Shown here piece after piece: positions 34,656-43,921 of a DNA stretch of 64,000 bases. Within the stretch, counting starts at the first letter, position 1; every line of letters starts with the position of its first letter. Under the pieces are notes generated by a model that was given only the letters and a program-made list of their open reading frames with translations, made no database searches and was not told where the DNA came from. The position numbers were made by a program, and so were the translations under genes. The DNA comes from a virus. Taxonomy: Duplodnaviria > Caudoviricetes. The stretch is taken from positions 41,522 through 105,521 of the IMG/VR virus record IMGVR_UViG_2923682817_000001. The stretch is one strand, 5' to 3'.

Positions 34656-36790
34656 CACGCGGTGACCAGGTCGACCACGTCACAGGCACCGGCCACGCAG
34701 GCGAGTTCCTGGGCTCCGGTGGTGGAGTCGGTGAGCTCGTAGAACGGGAGGTCAGCCCATCTGATCTCGGGGAAGGCCGCGGCCAGGCGCTGGTACTCCT
34801 TGCGGGTGATCTCCTGGTAGGGCGCCTGCTTGTAGACGTGGTCGCTGTGCGGCAGGAAGGAGACGCCGCTCAGCTCGTCCAGGTGGGCGAAGACCCAGTC
34901 TCCGACCTTGTCCCACTCCCCCGATTCCCAGTCGATCAGGTCGCGCAGGGCGTCGCAGAGACTTCCCCAGTCGCCGTCGGGAGCGGTGAGCTCGGGGTGG
35001 GTTACCAGCCACTGGTCAAGCTCAGCCGGGATGTTGGCCAGCAGTTCGCCATCGTCGCCGGCGACGAGCCGCATTGCGAGCTCTTCAGAGAAAGGCCCGG
35101 GGTTGGTGATGCGCGGACCGCGGACGGAGATGGTCACGCTCGGCTTGTGCTCACACCAGGCCCGCTGATAGTCCAACCAGAGCTCCAGGTGCTGGATCGC
35201 GGTGATGCTGTCCCTGGTCACGGCGAAGTTCGGGGCCTTGATCGGGAAGGAGAAGACCCACGTGCTGTCGGGCTGCATGACGTCGTCCTCGCACGGCACG
35301 CCGCTGTCCTTCATCAGCTGGGCGAGCGGGTCCTTCTTGTCTGCACGGACGGTGCGCAGGTAATGCTTTGCGTGCCAGGGGTGGATGCCGGAGGAGACTC
35401 CGGCCAGCTGGGATACGGTTCCCGACGGCTTCACGCACGTGACCGCGTGCGAGCTCGGGATGCCGATCGCCCGGGCCTCCTTCATGTTGGTCACCCGGGC
35501 GAACCGCTTGATTCGCCCGAGGTATTCGGCCCGGTTTTCGTCGGTGGAGACGAGCGGGTTTCCGAAGACACCGGTCAGGGAGACGCCCAGCAGGCGCTCC
35601 TCGCGGGCGTTGGCGGCCCACTGCGGGCGCAGAAAAGGAAAGTCGGTCAGGGTGCTCTGCCAGGTGCCGAGGATCGTCGCGAGCCGGACCTTCCGGCCGA
35701 TGGACTCCAGAGAATCCTCAGGTCGGACAATTACCTCAGAAAGGTTACAAAAGGAAAAAGGACGCATAATGATCTCCGAGCACGGATTAGTCCCATACTC
35801 GACAAATCGGTCACGACGGCCATTCTTGGCCGCCTGATTCTGGGCCGCGGTCCGGTTGAAGATTCCGCGCTCACCACTCCCCGAGGCGACCAGCGAACCC
35901 CATTCGGCGTCGAACTGCTCCCGGGTGATCTTGCCTTCATACACTGCGCTGTTGTTGGCCAGCGCGCGATGCGGCGCCGCCGTCCACCACTCCCCTGACT
36001 TAGCGGCTGCCATCTCCGGGTCGTTCAGGTCTGACAGGCTGATCATCGCCGAGCGCCGCACGCCGCCGACGACCACCACGCTGGCGATCTTGCAGACCAG
36101 GTCGTGGACCTCCAGCGAGGTCAACTGGCGCCCCTGGGCGGCCTTCAGCGCCGTGACGGTGTACTCGAACAGCTCGCGCAGCGGCTCCGGCCCCGAGGCC
36201 CTGCCTCCGAACGTCTGCAGCCGGGCGCCGGCCGGCCGGACGGCCGACAGGTCATAGCGGGGAATCCAACCCTCCAGCCACAGCTCCTCGATCAGCATCC
36301 GGTAGGCATGCGCCCAGCCGAGCTTGGAGTCCCCCACCACGATGAGCTCCTGAGGAGCGTCGACCAGGCGCGGCACCGGCGGCAGCTCGTCGATGTAGCG
36401 CTTTTCCACGCTGAAGCCCACACCGGTGCCGTTGAGCAGGATGAACAGCACCTCGGAGAACGCTGCCAGGTCATCGATGGGCAGATAGCTGCAGTTGTAG
36501 CCGGCGATGTTGGAACGTTCCAGGGCTTCACCGGCGGTCATGACGGCCCGCATCGACGGGACGATCTCCAGATTGGCGATGGCGTCGCGCACTTCGGCCA
36601 CGAGCTCGGGGTCGGGCTCGTAGGCGTGGTTGTCCGACAGGTGGCCAGTCATGAAGTCCATGAATCGGTCCACGGACTCGGTCCAGGTCTCGCGCCGATT
36701 CTCGGCGTCGATGTATCGGGCGTACCGGGAGGTGGCGATGAAATTCTGGTAGGGGTCGCTGATGGACCCGTCAGCGGCAAGCATGCTCAC
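34655..36790 (-). CDS. nrdJ: Class II (B12-dependent) ribonucleotide reductase
   Basis: PSMR, YNCS, GTGVGFS, GGVRRSA, TNPCSE, CNL, KPSGT, C-terminal ACVAGAC. Confidence 0.93.
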   Translation of the reverse strand: MSMLAADGSISDPYQNFIATSRYARYIDAENRRETWTESVDRFMDFMTGHLSDNHAYEPDPELVAEVRDAIANLEIVPSMRAVMTAGEALERSNIAGYNCSYLPIDDLAAFSEVLFILLNGTGVGFSVEKRYIDELPPVPRLVDAPQELIVVGDSKLGWAHAYRMLIEELWLEGWIPRYDLSAVRPAGARLQTFGGRASGPEPLRELFEYTVTALKAAQGRQLTSLEVHDLVCKIASVVVVGGVRRSAMISLSDLNDPEMAAAKSGEWWTAAPHRALANNSAVYEGKITREQFDAEWGSLVASGSGERGIFNRTAAQNQAAKNGRRDRFVEYGTNPCSEIIMRPFSFCNLSEVIVRPEDSLESIGRKVRLATILGTWQSTLTDFPFLRPQWAANAREERLLGVSLTGVFGNPLVSTDENRAEYLGRIKRFARVTNMKEARAIGIPSSHAVTCVKPSGTVSQLAGVSSGIHPWHAKHYLRTVRADKKDPLAQLMKDSGVPCEDDVMQPDSTWVFSFPIKAPNFAVTRDSITAIQHLELWLDYQRAWCEHKPSVTISVRGPRITNPGPFSEELAMRLVAGDDGELLANIPAELDQWLVTHPELTAPDGDWGSLCDALRDLIDWESGEWDKVGDWVFAHLDELSGVSFLPHSDHVYKQAPYQEITRKEYQRLAAAFPEIRWADLPFYELTDSTTGAQELACVAGACDVVDLVTA

Positions 36791-36828
36791 GGTGAGGGGG
36801 TTCCTTACGAGGAGGAGGGAGGAGAAGG

Positions 36829-37266
36829 TCAGCCGATGCGGCCGATGATGTTCCCGGAGTTGTATTGCGAGGTGCCGTCGTGGACCTGCGTGGCGGGGGT
36901 GGCCGGCCCGCCCTGTCCGGACGGCAGTCCGCCGCCGCCGGATCCTGCCTGGACCAGCGGGTAGCCGCAGTCGTAGCAGCGCTTACGCGCGCTGGTGCCA
37001 GGAGGCGCCATGTAGTTCACCGAACCGCAGGTGACGTCGGGGCAGGTTTCGGTCAGCTTGGCGCTCTGCGCCTGGCGAGGCGCCACGTACGGGGCCGGAT
37101 CGACTTCGGCGGCCGGGTTGCTCTGGGGCTGCTGGGGCGTCGGCGGGTAGGGCGGGGTCGGATCCCACCATGGCCGGGACGCGCTCGCCTGCGGTGCGTA
37201 CGCCGGCGTCTGAGGGGCCTGCGGTCGGGCGTTGGGATTGAGCTTGCGCTCCCAGAAACTACTCAT
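36829..37266 (-). CDS. Zn-ribbon hypothetical protein
   Basis: CP..CGS.NY..RCYDCGYP. Confidence 0.7.
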   Translation of the reverse strand: MSSFWERKLNPNARPQAPQTPAYAPQASASRPWWDPTPPYPPTPQQPQSNPAAEVDPAPYVAPRQAQSAKLTETCPDVTCGSVNYMAPPGTSARKRCYDCGYPLVQAGSGGGGLPSGQGGPATPATQVHDGTSQYNSGNIIGRIG

Positions 37267-37631
37267 TTGGTGGTCCTCGAATACGTCAGGATTCCGGCGT
37301 CCAGGAGCTGGGCTGCGCTTACCAGCGATCCCACGCGGATGACTTCGCCGTGCTGTTTCACCAAAAGAGCTACGAGTTCCGAATCGAGTTCGTCGACCGC
37401 ACCACCAAGCATAGTGCGGATCATGATTTCGGCACTCATATGCGACATTTTGGCGAAATCCGCCTTCAGTGGCTCCACTCGCTTGAGGCGCCGGTGGCTA
37501 TCGGCGCATGACAGGGTGGCCACGTCAGGTCCGGGCGCGGTCATGCCTAGGAGCTTGAGCACCTCCGGGACCTCGTGGTGCGGGGTCAGGTCCCACACGA
37601 GACGCGCCCGGAGCAGCGGTTTCATATCCAT
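37263..37631 (-). CDS. Hypothetical protein (MDMKPLL..)
   Basis: TGATG coupling to polA. Confidence 0.65.
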   Translation of the reverse strand: MDMKPLLRARLVWDLTPHHEVPEVLKLLGMTAPGPDVATLSCADSHRRLKRVEPLKADFAKMSHMSAEIMIRTMLGGAVDELDSELVALLVKQHGEVIRVGSLVSAAQLLDAGILTYSRTTK

Positions 37632-39577
37632 CACTTGGCCTCCGCCCAGTTGTCGGCTACAGAAATATCCGCGGTCAGAGGGACGCACAGCAGCTTCTGG
37701 ATGCCTTCGCCCAGCATCGCCTCGCGTAGCGCTGCCTCGATCAGCGACACCTGATCCTCGGGGCCGTGACAGACGAGTTCGTCGTGCACCGTCATGAGCA
37801 GCTCGGCGCGGTCGGGCAGCAGCGGCAGCAACCGGACCATGGACTTCTTCACAACGTCGGCTCCAGACCCCTGGATCTTGGCGTTGAAGATCTGTCGTTC
37901 GGCGCTGGAGCGCTTGAAGTCGTCGGCGCTGCGCAGCTCGGGGATACGTCGGATGCGTCCCAGCAGAGTCGCGGTGTGCGGCGGGCGCTGGCGGCGAGCG
38001 GTCTCGATGACGTGCGCCCGGTACTTGTAGATCTCCGGGAACATTTCCCGGTGTACCTTCATGTGGCGCTTGGCCTCGGCCACGCTGATGCCGGCCATTT
38101 CCGCCACGGTCGTCGGGCCGGCTCCGTACACGATCGCGAAGTTAAGTCCCTTTGCTACAGCTCTGTACGCTTTTGTCACATCATCGAATGGGACGCCGAA
38201 GACGAGTGACGCGGTCATGGTGTGCGCGTCGATTCCCTGATGGAAACCGTCGTAAAGCGCCCCATAGCCGATGAAGTGGGCCAAAAGCACCAGTTCGATC
38301 TGGCCATAGTCGGCCACGACCAGTTTGTGGCCGGGCAGCGCCCGGTATGCAGTGCGGATCTTCTTGCCTTCGACACCACGGGAGGGGATGTTTTGCAGGT
38401 TGGGGCCGGCCGAGGAGAACCGCCCGGTGCGGGCGCCCATCTGTTTGAACGCGCCGTGGACACGGCCGTCCACGATCAGACAGGGCTTCTCGTCCGGGTC
38501 CTCGGGGTCGCCCAGGACGCCGGTGACGTAGGTCCCCTTCAGCTTGGCGTCGCGCTGGTAGTCCAGGAACCGTGCGACGACCAGGTGCTTCTTGTGCGGC
38601 TCCAACGAGTCGGCGTCCGTGCTGTAGTCGGTGATCAGCAGTTTCTCGCCGCGCCCTGCTTTGGCCTTACCTCCCTTGGTCAGGGTGGTCGGACGAAGTC
38701 CCAGGTTTCCCTCAGCCTTCGGCCCGTACAGAGCCACCGCTTTCTGCTGGGGAGAGTTGAGATTGACCTTCTTGCCCAGGCCCTTGTAGATCGCGGCCTC
38801 GGTCTCCACCAGGCGGGCGTCCAGCTGCACGCCGAGCTCGGCCAAGACTGCGCCGTCGACCGGCGCCCCGGCCAGGGCCATGGAGATTACGGTCTCCAGG
38901 ACGCCGAGCTCCAGGTCCAACAGCGCTGACAGGCCCGCGTGGCCGATCAGGTCGCGCTCGCGCTGGTACAGCAGCCAGGTGTATTTGGCGTCCATGTACG
39001 CGTAGCGAGCAACCCGGCTGAAGGCGTAGGTCTCGACCTTCTTGCCGACGTTGTCTTTGTCGTAGTCGAGCTTGTACAGCTGCTTGATGCGGGGCTTCAG
39101 ACCGTTCAGCCGGTTTTCGTCCAGCAGGACGGAGCTGATGAAGGTGTCATGCCAGGGCTTGGACGGCACGGCGCCGTCGTAGTACTTGGCCACTGACGCG
39201 ATGTCGAATGCTGCGTTGTGGCAGACCTTCAGCCGATCAGAGAACAGCAGCGGCTCGATGGCCTCGAACACCTGGCTCGGGCGGAGCTGTTCGGGGGCAT
39301 TCGACCAGACGGGGACGGTGCGGTTGCGGACCTTACCGCTGGGGCCGATCGTGGGCTCTTTCCGCTCACCGATGATCTTCCCGCGTTCGTGGCCCATGGG
39401 GATGGACACGGTCATGCCGTGGGTTGCCATGGACAACCAGGTGATGGTGTTGTGCGCGGGGACGCCCCGCAGCGGCGGCACCGTCTCCACGTCGTAGGTC
39501 AACTCACCAAAACGGCTGAAGTGGGCGACGACGTGGTCCAGGTGCTCGGCGTCCAAAACGGTGGTGCTGCTCAGCAC
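37631..39577 (-). CDS. polA: Family A DNA polymerase with 3'-5' exonuclease
   Basis: YDVET, HNAAFD, TGRFSS.GPNLQNIP, ADYGQIEL, R..AK.LNF..VYG, VHDEL. Confidence 0.95.
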   Translation of the reverse strand: MLSSTTVLDAEHLDHVVAHFSRFGELTYDVETVPPLRGVPAHNTITWLSMATHGMTVSIPMGHERGKIIGERKEPTIGPSGKVRNRTVPVWSNAPEQLRPSQVFEAIEPLLFSDRLKVCHNAAFDIASVAKYYDGAVPSKPWHDTFISSVLLDENRLNGLKPRIKQLYKLDYDKDNVGKKVETYAFSRVARYAYMDAKYTWLLYQRERDLIGHAGLSALLDLELGVLETVISMALAGAPVDGAVLAELGVQLDARLVETEAAIYKGLGKKVNLNSPQQKAVALYGPKAEGNLGLRPTTLTKGGKAKAGRGEKLLITDYSTDADSLEPHKKHLVVARFLDYQRDAKLKGTYVTGVLGDPEDPDEKPCLIVDGRVHGAFKQMGARTGRFSSAGPNLQNIPSRGVEGKKIRTAYRALPGHKLVVADYGQIELVLLAHFIGYGALYDGFHQGIDAHTMTASLVFGVPFDDVTKAYRAVAKGLNFAIVYGAGPTTVAEMAGISVAEAKRHMKVHREMFPEIYKYRAHVIETARRQRPPHTATLLGRIRRIPELRSADDFKRSSAERQIFNAKIQGSGADVVKKSMVRLLPLLPDRAELLMTVHDELVCHGPEDQVSLIEAALREAMLGEGIQKLLCVPLTADISVADNWAEAK

Positions 39578-39602
39578 GCGAGGGACCTTTCCTAGACACA
39601 GC

Positions 39603-39641
39603 GGCCCGCCCCTGCCGTTGGCAGCTCGGCAGGGGCGGGCC
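39603..39641. terminator. 15-bp perfect hairpin
   Basis: ggcccgcccctgccg-N9-cggcaggggcgggcc. Confidence 0.75.
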
Positions 39642-39652
39642 TTGAAGGAGGG

Positions 39653-40456
39653 CTAGGAGAGCTCGTCCACGAGCTCTTCGAGATCCTCGCGAGAGTCCTG
39701 CTTGACGGTCTCGGGGCCGGCGGCCTGCGCGGCGAACTCGGCCAGCTCCTCTTCGTCCAGCGGCTCGATGTCCTCTTCGTCGGCGAGGCTATGCGCGCGG
39801 ACCGGGCGAAGGTTGTACTCGGTCTTGGTGCCCTTACCACTCTTGGAGACGACCCAGTAGGTGTCGTCGCGGTTCAGCGGGCCGGTCTTCTTGTTCTCCG
39901 ACAGGCCCTCCAGCTTCTGCGCCACCCGGACGCCGCACGCCCAGACCTTGACCGTGGGCTTCTCGGGGTTGGAGAAGTCCACGACGTTGAACAGGATCTG
40001 ATACCTAGGCTCGTCGCCCAGGTCGTCGCACAGCGGGCAGTCCTCTTCGAGACAGACGTAGGACTTGCGGCCCTCGGCTTCCTTGAGCCAGTGCTGCTGG
40101 TAGACCGCGAAGGGGCCTTCCTCCAGGAACTTGATGACGATTTCGTCATTGTCGATCTTGAAGTTTTCGGCGAACTTGCCGCTCTTGGCCTTGTTCCGGA
40201 AGGTCTCCCATCCGCCTTCGGCGGAGCCGGCGGAGGACTTACGTCGGGCGGGCTTGGCGTCGTCCCGGGTGCGGGAGTTGGCACGGCCGGCGGGGCGGGT
40301 GCTCTCGCGGCCGGAGCGGCCGGCCGGGCGCCGGCCTGCGGTACGAGTTCGGCGCGGGGCCTCCTCTTCGTCCTCGTAGTCCTCCTCAGGCTCGGAGTCG
40401 TGGTTGCTGGCGGGGGCAGTGCTCTCAGAGGAGCGGCGGCGCAGGGTGCGGCCCAT
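39653..40456 (-). CDS. ssDNA-binding protein (gp32-like)
   Basis: IKFL, QHW, C...DCPLC, SKSG.G.KT.Y, acidic tail. Confidence 0.65.
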   Translation of the reverse strand: MGRTLRRRSSESTAPASNHDSEPEEDYEDEEEAPRRTRTAGRRPAGRSGRESTRPAGRANSRTRDDAKPARRKSSAGSAEGGWETFRNKAKSGKFAENFKIDNDEIVIKFLEEGPFAVYQQHWLKEAEGRKSYVCLEEDCPLCDDLGDEPRYQILFNVVDFSNPEKPTVKVWACGVRVAQKLEGLSENKKTGPLNRDDTYWVVSKSGKGTKTEYNLRPVRAHSLADEEDIEPLDEEELAEFAAQAAGPETVKQDSREDLEELVDELS

Positions 40457-40498
40457 ACAGAAGGTCCGTTCAGTCAGTCAGTCAGTGAGGGGCGGGAA

Positions 40499-40807
40499 TT
40501 ACCTGCTGCGGCGTACGAGGCGGCGGGGGGCCACGCGGCGGCGGCGGCGGGGGACCACGTGGCGAGGACCGTCCAGCAGGTGGTTGACGTAGGTGTCGTC
40601 CTCGGCCGTGAGCGTTCGAGCCAGGTCCAGGTCGTCGCGGAGCCGATTTTCGACGATCTCCTTGGCACGTTCCATGAGGGCCTCGGGCCGCTCATGGTCA
40701 GCGGCGGCGGTCGCCTTGACCGTGGCTGTGGCGGAGAGCTCGACCCACTCGAAGGAGCCCATGTTGACGTGGTGGGTCTGGCTGTAGGTGGCCGATTCGA
40801 CGATCAC
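40499..40807 (-). CDS. Hypothetical protein
   Basis: Coupled ORF; VNMGSFEW. Confidence 0.65.
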   Translation of the reverse strand: MIVESATYSQTHHVNMGSFEWVELSATATVKATAAADHERPEALMERAKEIVENRLRDDLDLARTLTAEDDTYVNHLLDGPRHVVPRRRRRVAPRRLVRRSR

Positions 40808-41277
40808 TGCTGGCGCCCGTCGGCCTCGGCGCGCTGCTGGCGCTCGTGCGCGGCGTGGTCAGCAAACAGCTTGGTGACCCGAGCGGTGAACTGGGTCTCT
40901 TGGATCGGCCGTGCGTGGGGCTCCAAGATGCCCTCTTCGCGGGCGATCTGGTAGATGCCGATGATCAGGGCTTTGGTGTACAGCCGGCGGCGGCCGTGCT
41001 TGGCGCTGGCGGCGTTACGCGGGTCGCGGCCGGGGAATGCCGCCGGCGGGCGCGGGAGCCAGCCCTGCTCCTCCCAACCGCGGATCGTGTCCGACTTGCG
41101 GTTGAGGACGCGGGCCAAGGCGCCGATCTTGTAGAAGGCGACCTTCCGGCCGCGGACGTCGTAGATCTGGGGCTTCTCGCCGGCCAGCGGGTCAGTGGTG
41201 AATGCGGTGGCAGGGCGGCGGTCGGGCCGCCACGGCAGAGCTACGTCAGCGGTGATTTCGGGGGTGGAGCTGCTCAC
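40804..41277 (-). CDS. MerR-like HTH DNA-binding protein
   Basis: YKIGALARVLNRKSDTIRGWEEQGWLP..RRLYT. Confidence 0.75.
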   Translation of the reverse strand: MSSSTPEITADVALPWRPDRRPATAFTTDPLAGEKPQIYDVRGRKVAFYKIGALARVLNRKSDTIRGWEEQGWLPRPPAAFPGRDPRNAASAKHGRRRLYTKALIIGIYQIAREEGILEPHARPIQETQFTARVTKLFADHAAHERQQRAEADGRQQ

Positions 41278-41306
41278 AGCGCGGCGCCCTTCTTGTCGAT
41301 GTTGAA

Positions 41307-41798
41307 CTAGTACGCCTTGAGGGCGTACATGGTGTGGGTGTCGACAAGCGCGTCCAGTTCTTCGACGGTGAGCAGGCCTTCCTGCTCACACGCATACAGC
41401 TCGTTTTGGTCCAGGACCTCGATGATCTGCTTCTTGAAGATCCGGTCGGTGAGGCCCTTGGCCTCGGCCAGCTCACGGACCCTGTCCTCAGACAGGGACT
41501 GGCTGACGCGCTTCTCACGCACCCACCCGGCGTATGCCTTGCCTCCGGGCACCGTGAACTCCGCGGGGAGATCGACGGTGTGGTGTCCCTTGGCGTTGGC
41601 TTCGCCGTACTGCTCGGCCCAGGCCAGGAGCTCCGCTCGGAGAGACTCCTTGCGGCCCTTCAGCTCCTGCTCCTGGGTCGAGACAGCTGCCCACTGATGA
41701 AATTTTTTGGTGATGCTTTGGAGATCCGCGGAGGACGGTTGGTATGGGCCGTCAACTTTAGGATCGGACATTGGTGATGTCCGTGACACTCTTCGCAT
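41307..41798 (-). CDS. Hypothetical phage protein
   Basis: Coiled N-terminus; EVLDQ.ELY..G.LT.EE.D. Confidence 0.7.
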   Translation of the reverse strand: MRRVSRTSPMSDPKVDGPYQPSSADLQSITKKFHQWAAVSTQEQELKGRKESLRAELLAWAEQYGEANAKGHHTVDLPAEFTVPGGKAYAGWVREKRVSQSLSEDRVRELAEAKGLTDRIFKKQIIEVLDQNELYACEQEGLLTVEELDALVDTHTMYALKAY

Positions 41799-42237
41799 CG
41801 TTGATCTTTCGTGCCGAGAAGTTGGTATTTCCCCCTCGGGGTCACGAACAGTACTCCTGATTTGGGTCCGTCCGCAACCATTCTATGGAGAAATAGTTTC
41901 TCGACTTCCAACTAGTTGGGATGTGCTCTGACCAGTTGGGATGTAGTCAGCAAGCGCCTATTGAGCGGCCATAGTGTGAGGGTTTAAAAGGACTATGGGA
42001 CGCACATAGTTAGTGCCCGAAAAGAGCAGTCGTCACTATTCGTAGTCATGCGGCATCACTTCGGTGGTCAATGTCGCAGCGGTGACCGACTGCGGACACA
42101 CCGACAACAAGACACCTCTGCTGGAGGCGTCGGGAAACGAAGCGACCGCGCCAGCGGCAAAGGGTTTCTTCACTGCTGACACGGTCGAGTAAACCTGCTC
42201 AGCTGTCCCGGGGGCAACTCTGGTAACGGCCGGGTTT

Positions 42238-42285
42238 TTGCATGTTGCAAAAGAAAGAAACGAAGATCGTTATTGCAACATGCAA
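42238..42285. repeat. Perfect 13-bp inverted repeat TTGCATGTTGCAA-N22-TTGCAACATGCAA
   Basis: Read directly. Confidence 0.9.
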
Positions 42286-42301
42286 TGCCCCTGACCTGCG
42301 A

Positions 42302-43921
42302 TTATGCGTCCTCTGTCACGAAGGCCGTCAGGGACGGCTCGGCCTGCTGGCCGGGCGCGTACGGAGACTGCGTGGGCTCCGCAGAAGGCACCGGTTCGGG
42401 TTCGGCGGTGGGATCAGCCGGCTGGCCCGAGGTCGACGCGGTGGGTTCGCTGGACGCGGTCGGATCCGGTGGCCGCGTCGGAGATTCATGGGAGCCGTCG
42501 CTGGGCTCCGGGGCCTTCGGAGCGGTTTCGGAGACGCTGGGGGTGGGCGCCGGCGTGGTCGGGATCGGCGACGGCGCGGGAGCGGTCGGGCTGGAACTTT
42601 GGATCGGCGACGGGGCAGGCTCTGCCGACCGTGTCGGATGGGGTGATGGCTGTTTCGGGGCCTCGGTGGTCGTGGGCGCCGGAGCAGCGGGGGACACTTC
42701 CGGCTGCGGACGATTGGTGCTCTGCGATACGGGGCCGGACAGGGTAGTCGTCCGCACTGCGGTGGGACTGGTGGTGGTCGTATGTGCGGGCGTGGGCGAG
42801 ACGCTGGTGGTAGGGGTGCTTTCCACAGGACTCGGGGGGACGACGAAGACCGGATTGCTGGGGGATGGCATCTGAGCCGGCTCCGAGAACGTGGGTGTGG
42901 GCAGCCCCTCGAAAAAGGACGGTGCGGGGCTCGCCGTCACCTGGTCGGCATAGGCCCTGGGAGGGCTGGCCCGCTGCTCAACGACGCTGACACCGATCAC
43001 TCCGGCAACCGCAATCGCCCCGCTGACTCCGAGCGCGACCGGGCTAGCGACCAGTGCTGCAAGGACTCCCCCACCGGTCGCCGCCGCGGTGACTCCGGCG
43101 GTGGCGGTGACAGCCACGGCGCCGCCGGCGGCGACTGTTCCAGTAGCCGCCACGGTGCCCACACCGGCCGCTGCTGCCGCGGTACCTCCTCCTGCAGCCG
43201 TGCCGACGCCGACGAGCTTGTGGACCAGTGGCCAGGCAAGGACGATCGCTCCGACCTTGGAGGCCTGCTCCCGGTCCTGGAAAAATCTCCGCCACAGGCG
43301 GCTGATCAGCGTGATGTGTAGGGCGGCCTGGGTTCGTACCTCCGGCGCGGTGGCCGGGTCAGCTACCACTTCGGCCGATTCCTGGGCGGCGTCCTGAAGC
43401 AGGTGTATCAGCCTCGCGTTGCGCCGGTCGGCGATGGCCGCCCCGCTGTCGTAAGCCCGCGCGTCGGCCTTGAGCCTTTCCCATTTCTTCAGGATTCTGG
43501 TGATTGTGGAAGGGTCCGGCTTGTCTTCGGGCCGCTTCATATGGCGGGATATGCGAGCGTAGATGACGCCTCTGGCGGTGAGCTCGTCGATGAAGGGCAC
43601 CAGCGCCATCTCGTAGATAGCCTGCTTGTCCTCCAGCTCGTGGACGGTGTGGCTGAACTGCCCGACGACCGTCAGCAGCTCATCGGTGGTGAATTCGTGC
43701 AGATCCTCGCACGTGGTCAGTCGTGTCGTGTCGCTCACATCGGCGATGGCATCGGCGATGTGGCGGTGAGGCGAGTGATACACCCCCCGTGCCTTCCTGT
43801 GAGCAGACCGTAAGTCCACTTTCGTAGCAAAAGCGGACAAACGACCCAAAGGTGGTAAATGTGACACCAACGGCCCCGGCTGTTGGTTATGCGTCACATC
43901 GGTATGCGCCTGAAGATTCAA
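42302..43921 (-). CDS. Membrane-anchored protein: HTH-like N-domain, Gly/Ala-rich TM region, Pro/Thr/Ser-rich tail
   Basis: YARISRHM..DPSTITRIL; hydrophobic LVASPVALGVSGAIAVAGVIGVSVV; PTS-rich C-terminus. Confidence 0.6.
   Translation of the reverse strand: MNLQAHTDVTHNQQPGPLVSHLPPLGRLSAFATKVDLRSAHRKARGVYHSPHRHIADAIADVSDTTRLTTCEDLHEFTTDELLTVVGQFSHTVHELEDKQAIYEMALVPFIDELTARGVIYARISRHMKRPEDKPDPSTITRILKKWERLKADARAYDSGAAIADRRNARLIHLLQDAAQESAEVVADPATAPEVRTQAALHITLISRLWRRFFQDREQASKVGAIVLAWPLVHKLVGVGTAAGGGTAAAAAGVGTVAATGTVAAGGAVAVTATAGVTAAATGGGVLAALVASPVALGVSGAIAVAGVIGVSVVEQRASPPRAYADQVTASPAPSFFEGLPTPTFSEPAQMPSPSNPVFVVPPSPVESTPTTSVSPTPAHTTTTSPTAVRTTTLSGPVSQSTNRPQPEVSPAAPAPTTTEAPKQPSPHPTRSAEPAPSPIQSSSPTAPAPSPIPTTPAPTPSVSETAPKAPEPSDGSHESPTRPPDPTASSEPTASTSGQPADPTAEPEPVPSAEPTQSPYAPGQQAEPSLTAFVTEDA

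Noticed and set aside
34920-35118. NrdJ insertion as an intein
   Set aside because: Too short and lacks the N-terminal Cys/Ser and HN-C/S/T splice motifs
41940-42240. tRNA, tmRNA or group I intron in the large intergenic region
   Set aside because: I could not identify a T-loop GTTCRA, cloverleaf or intron core; kept only as a generic structured region
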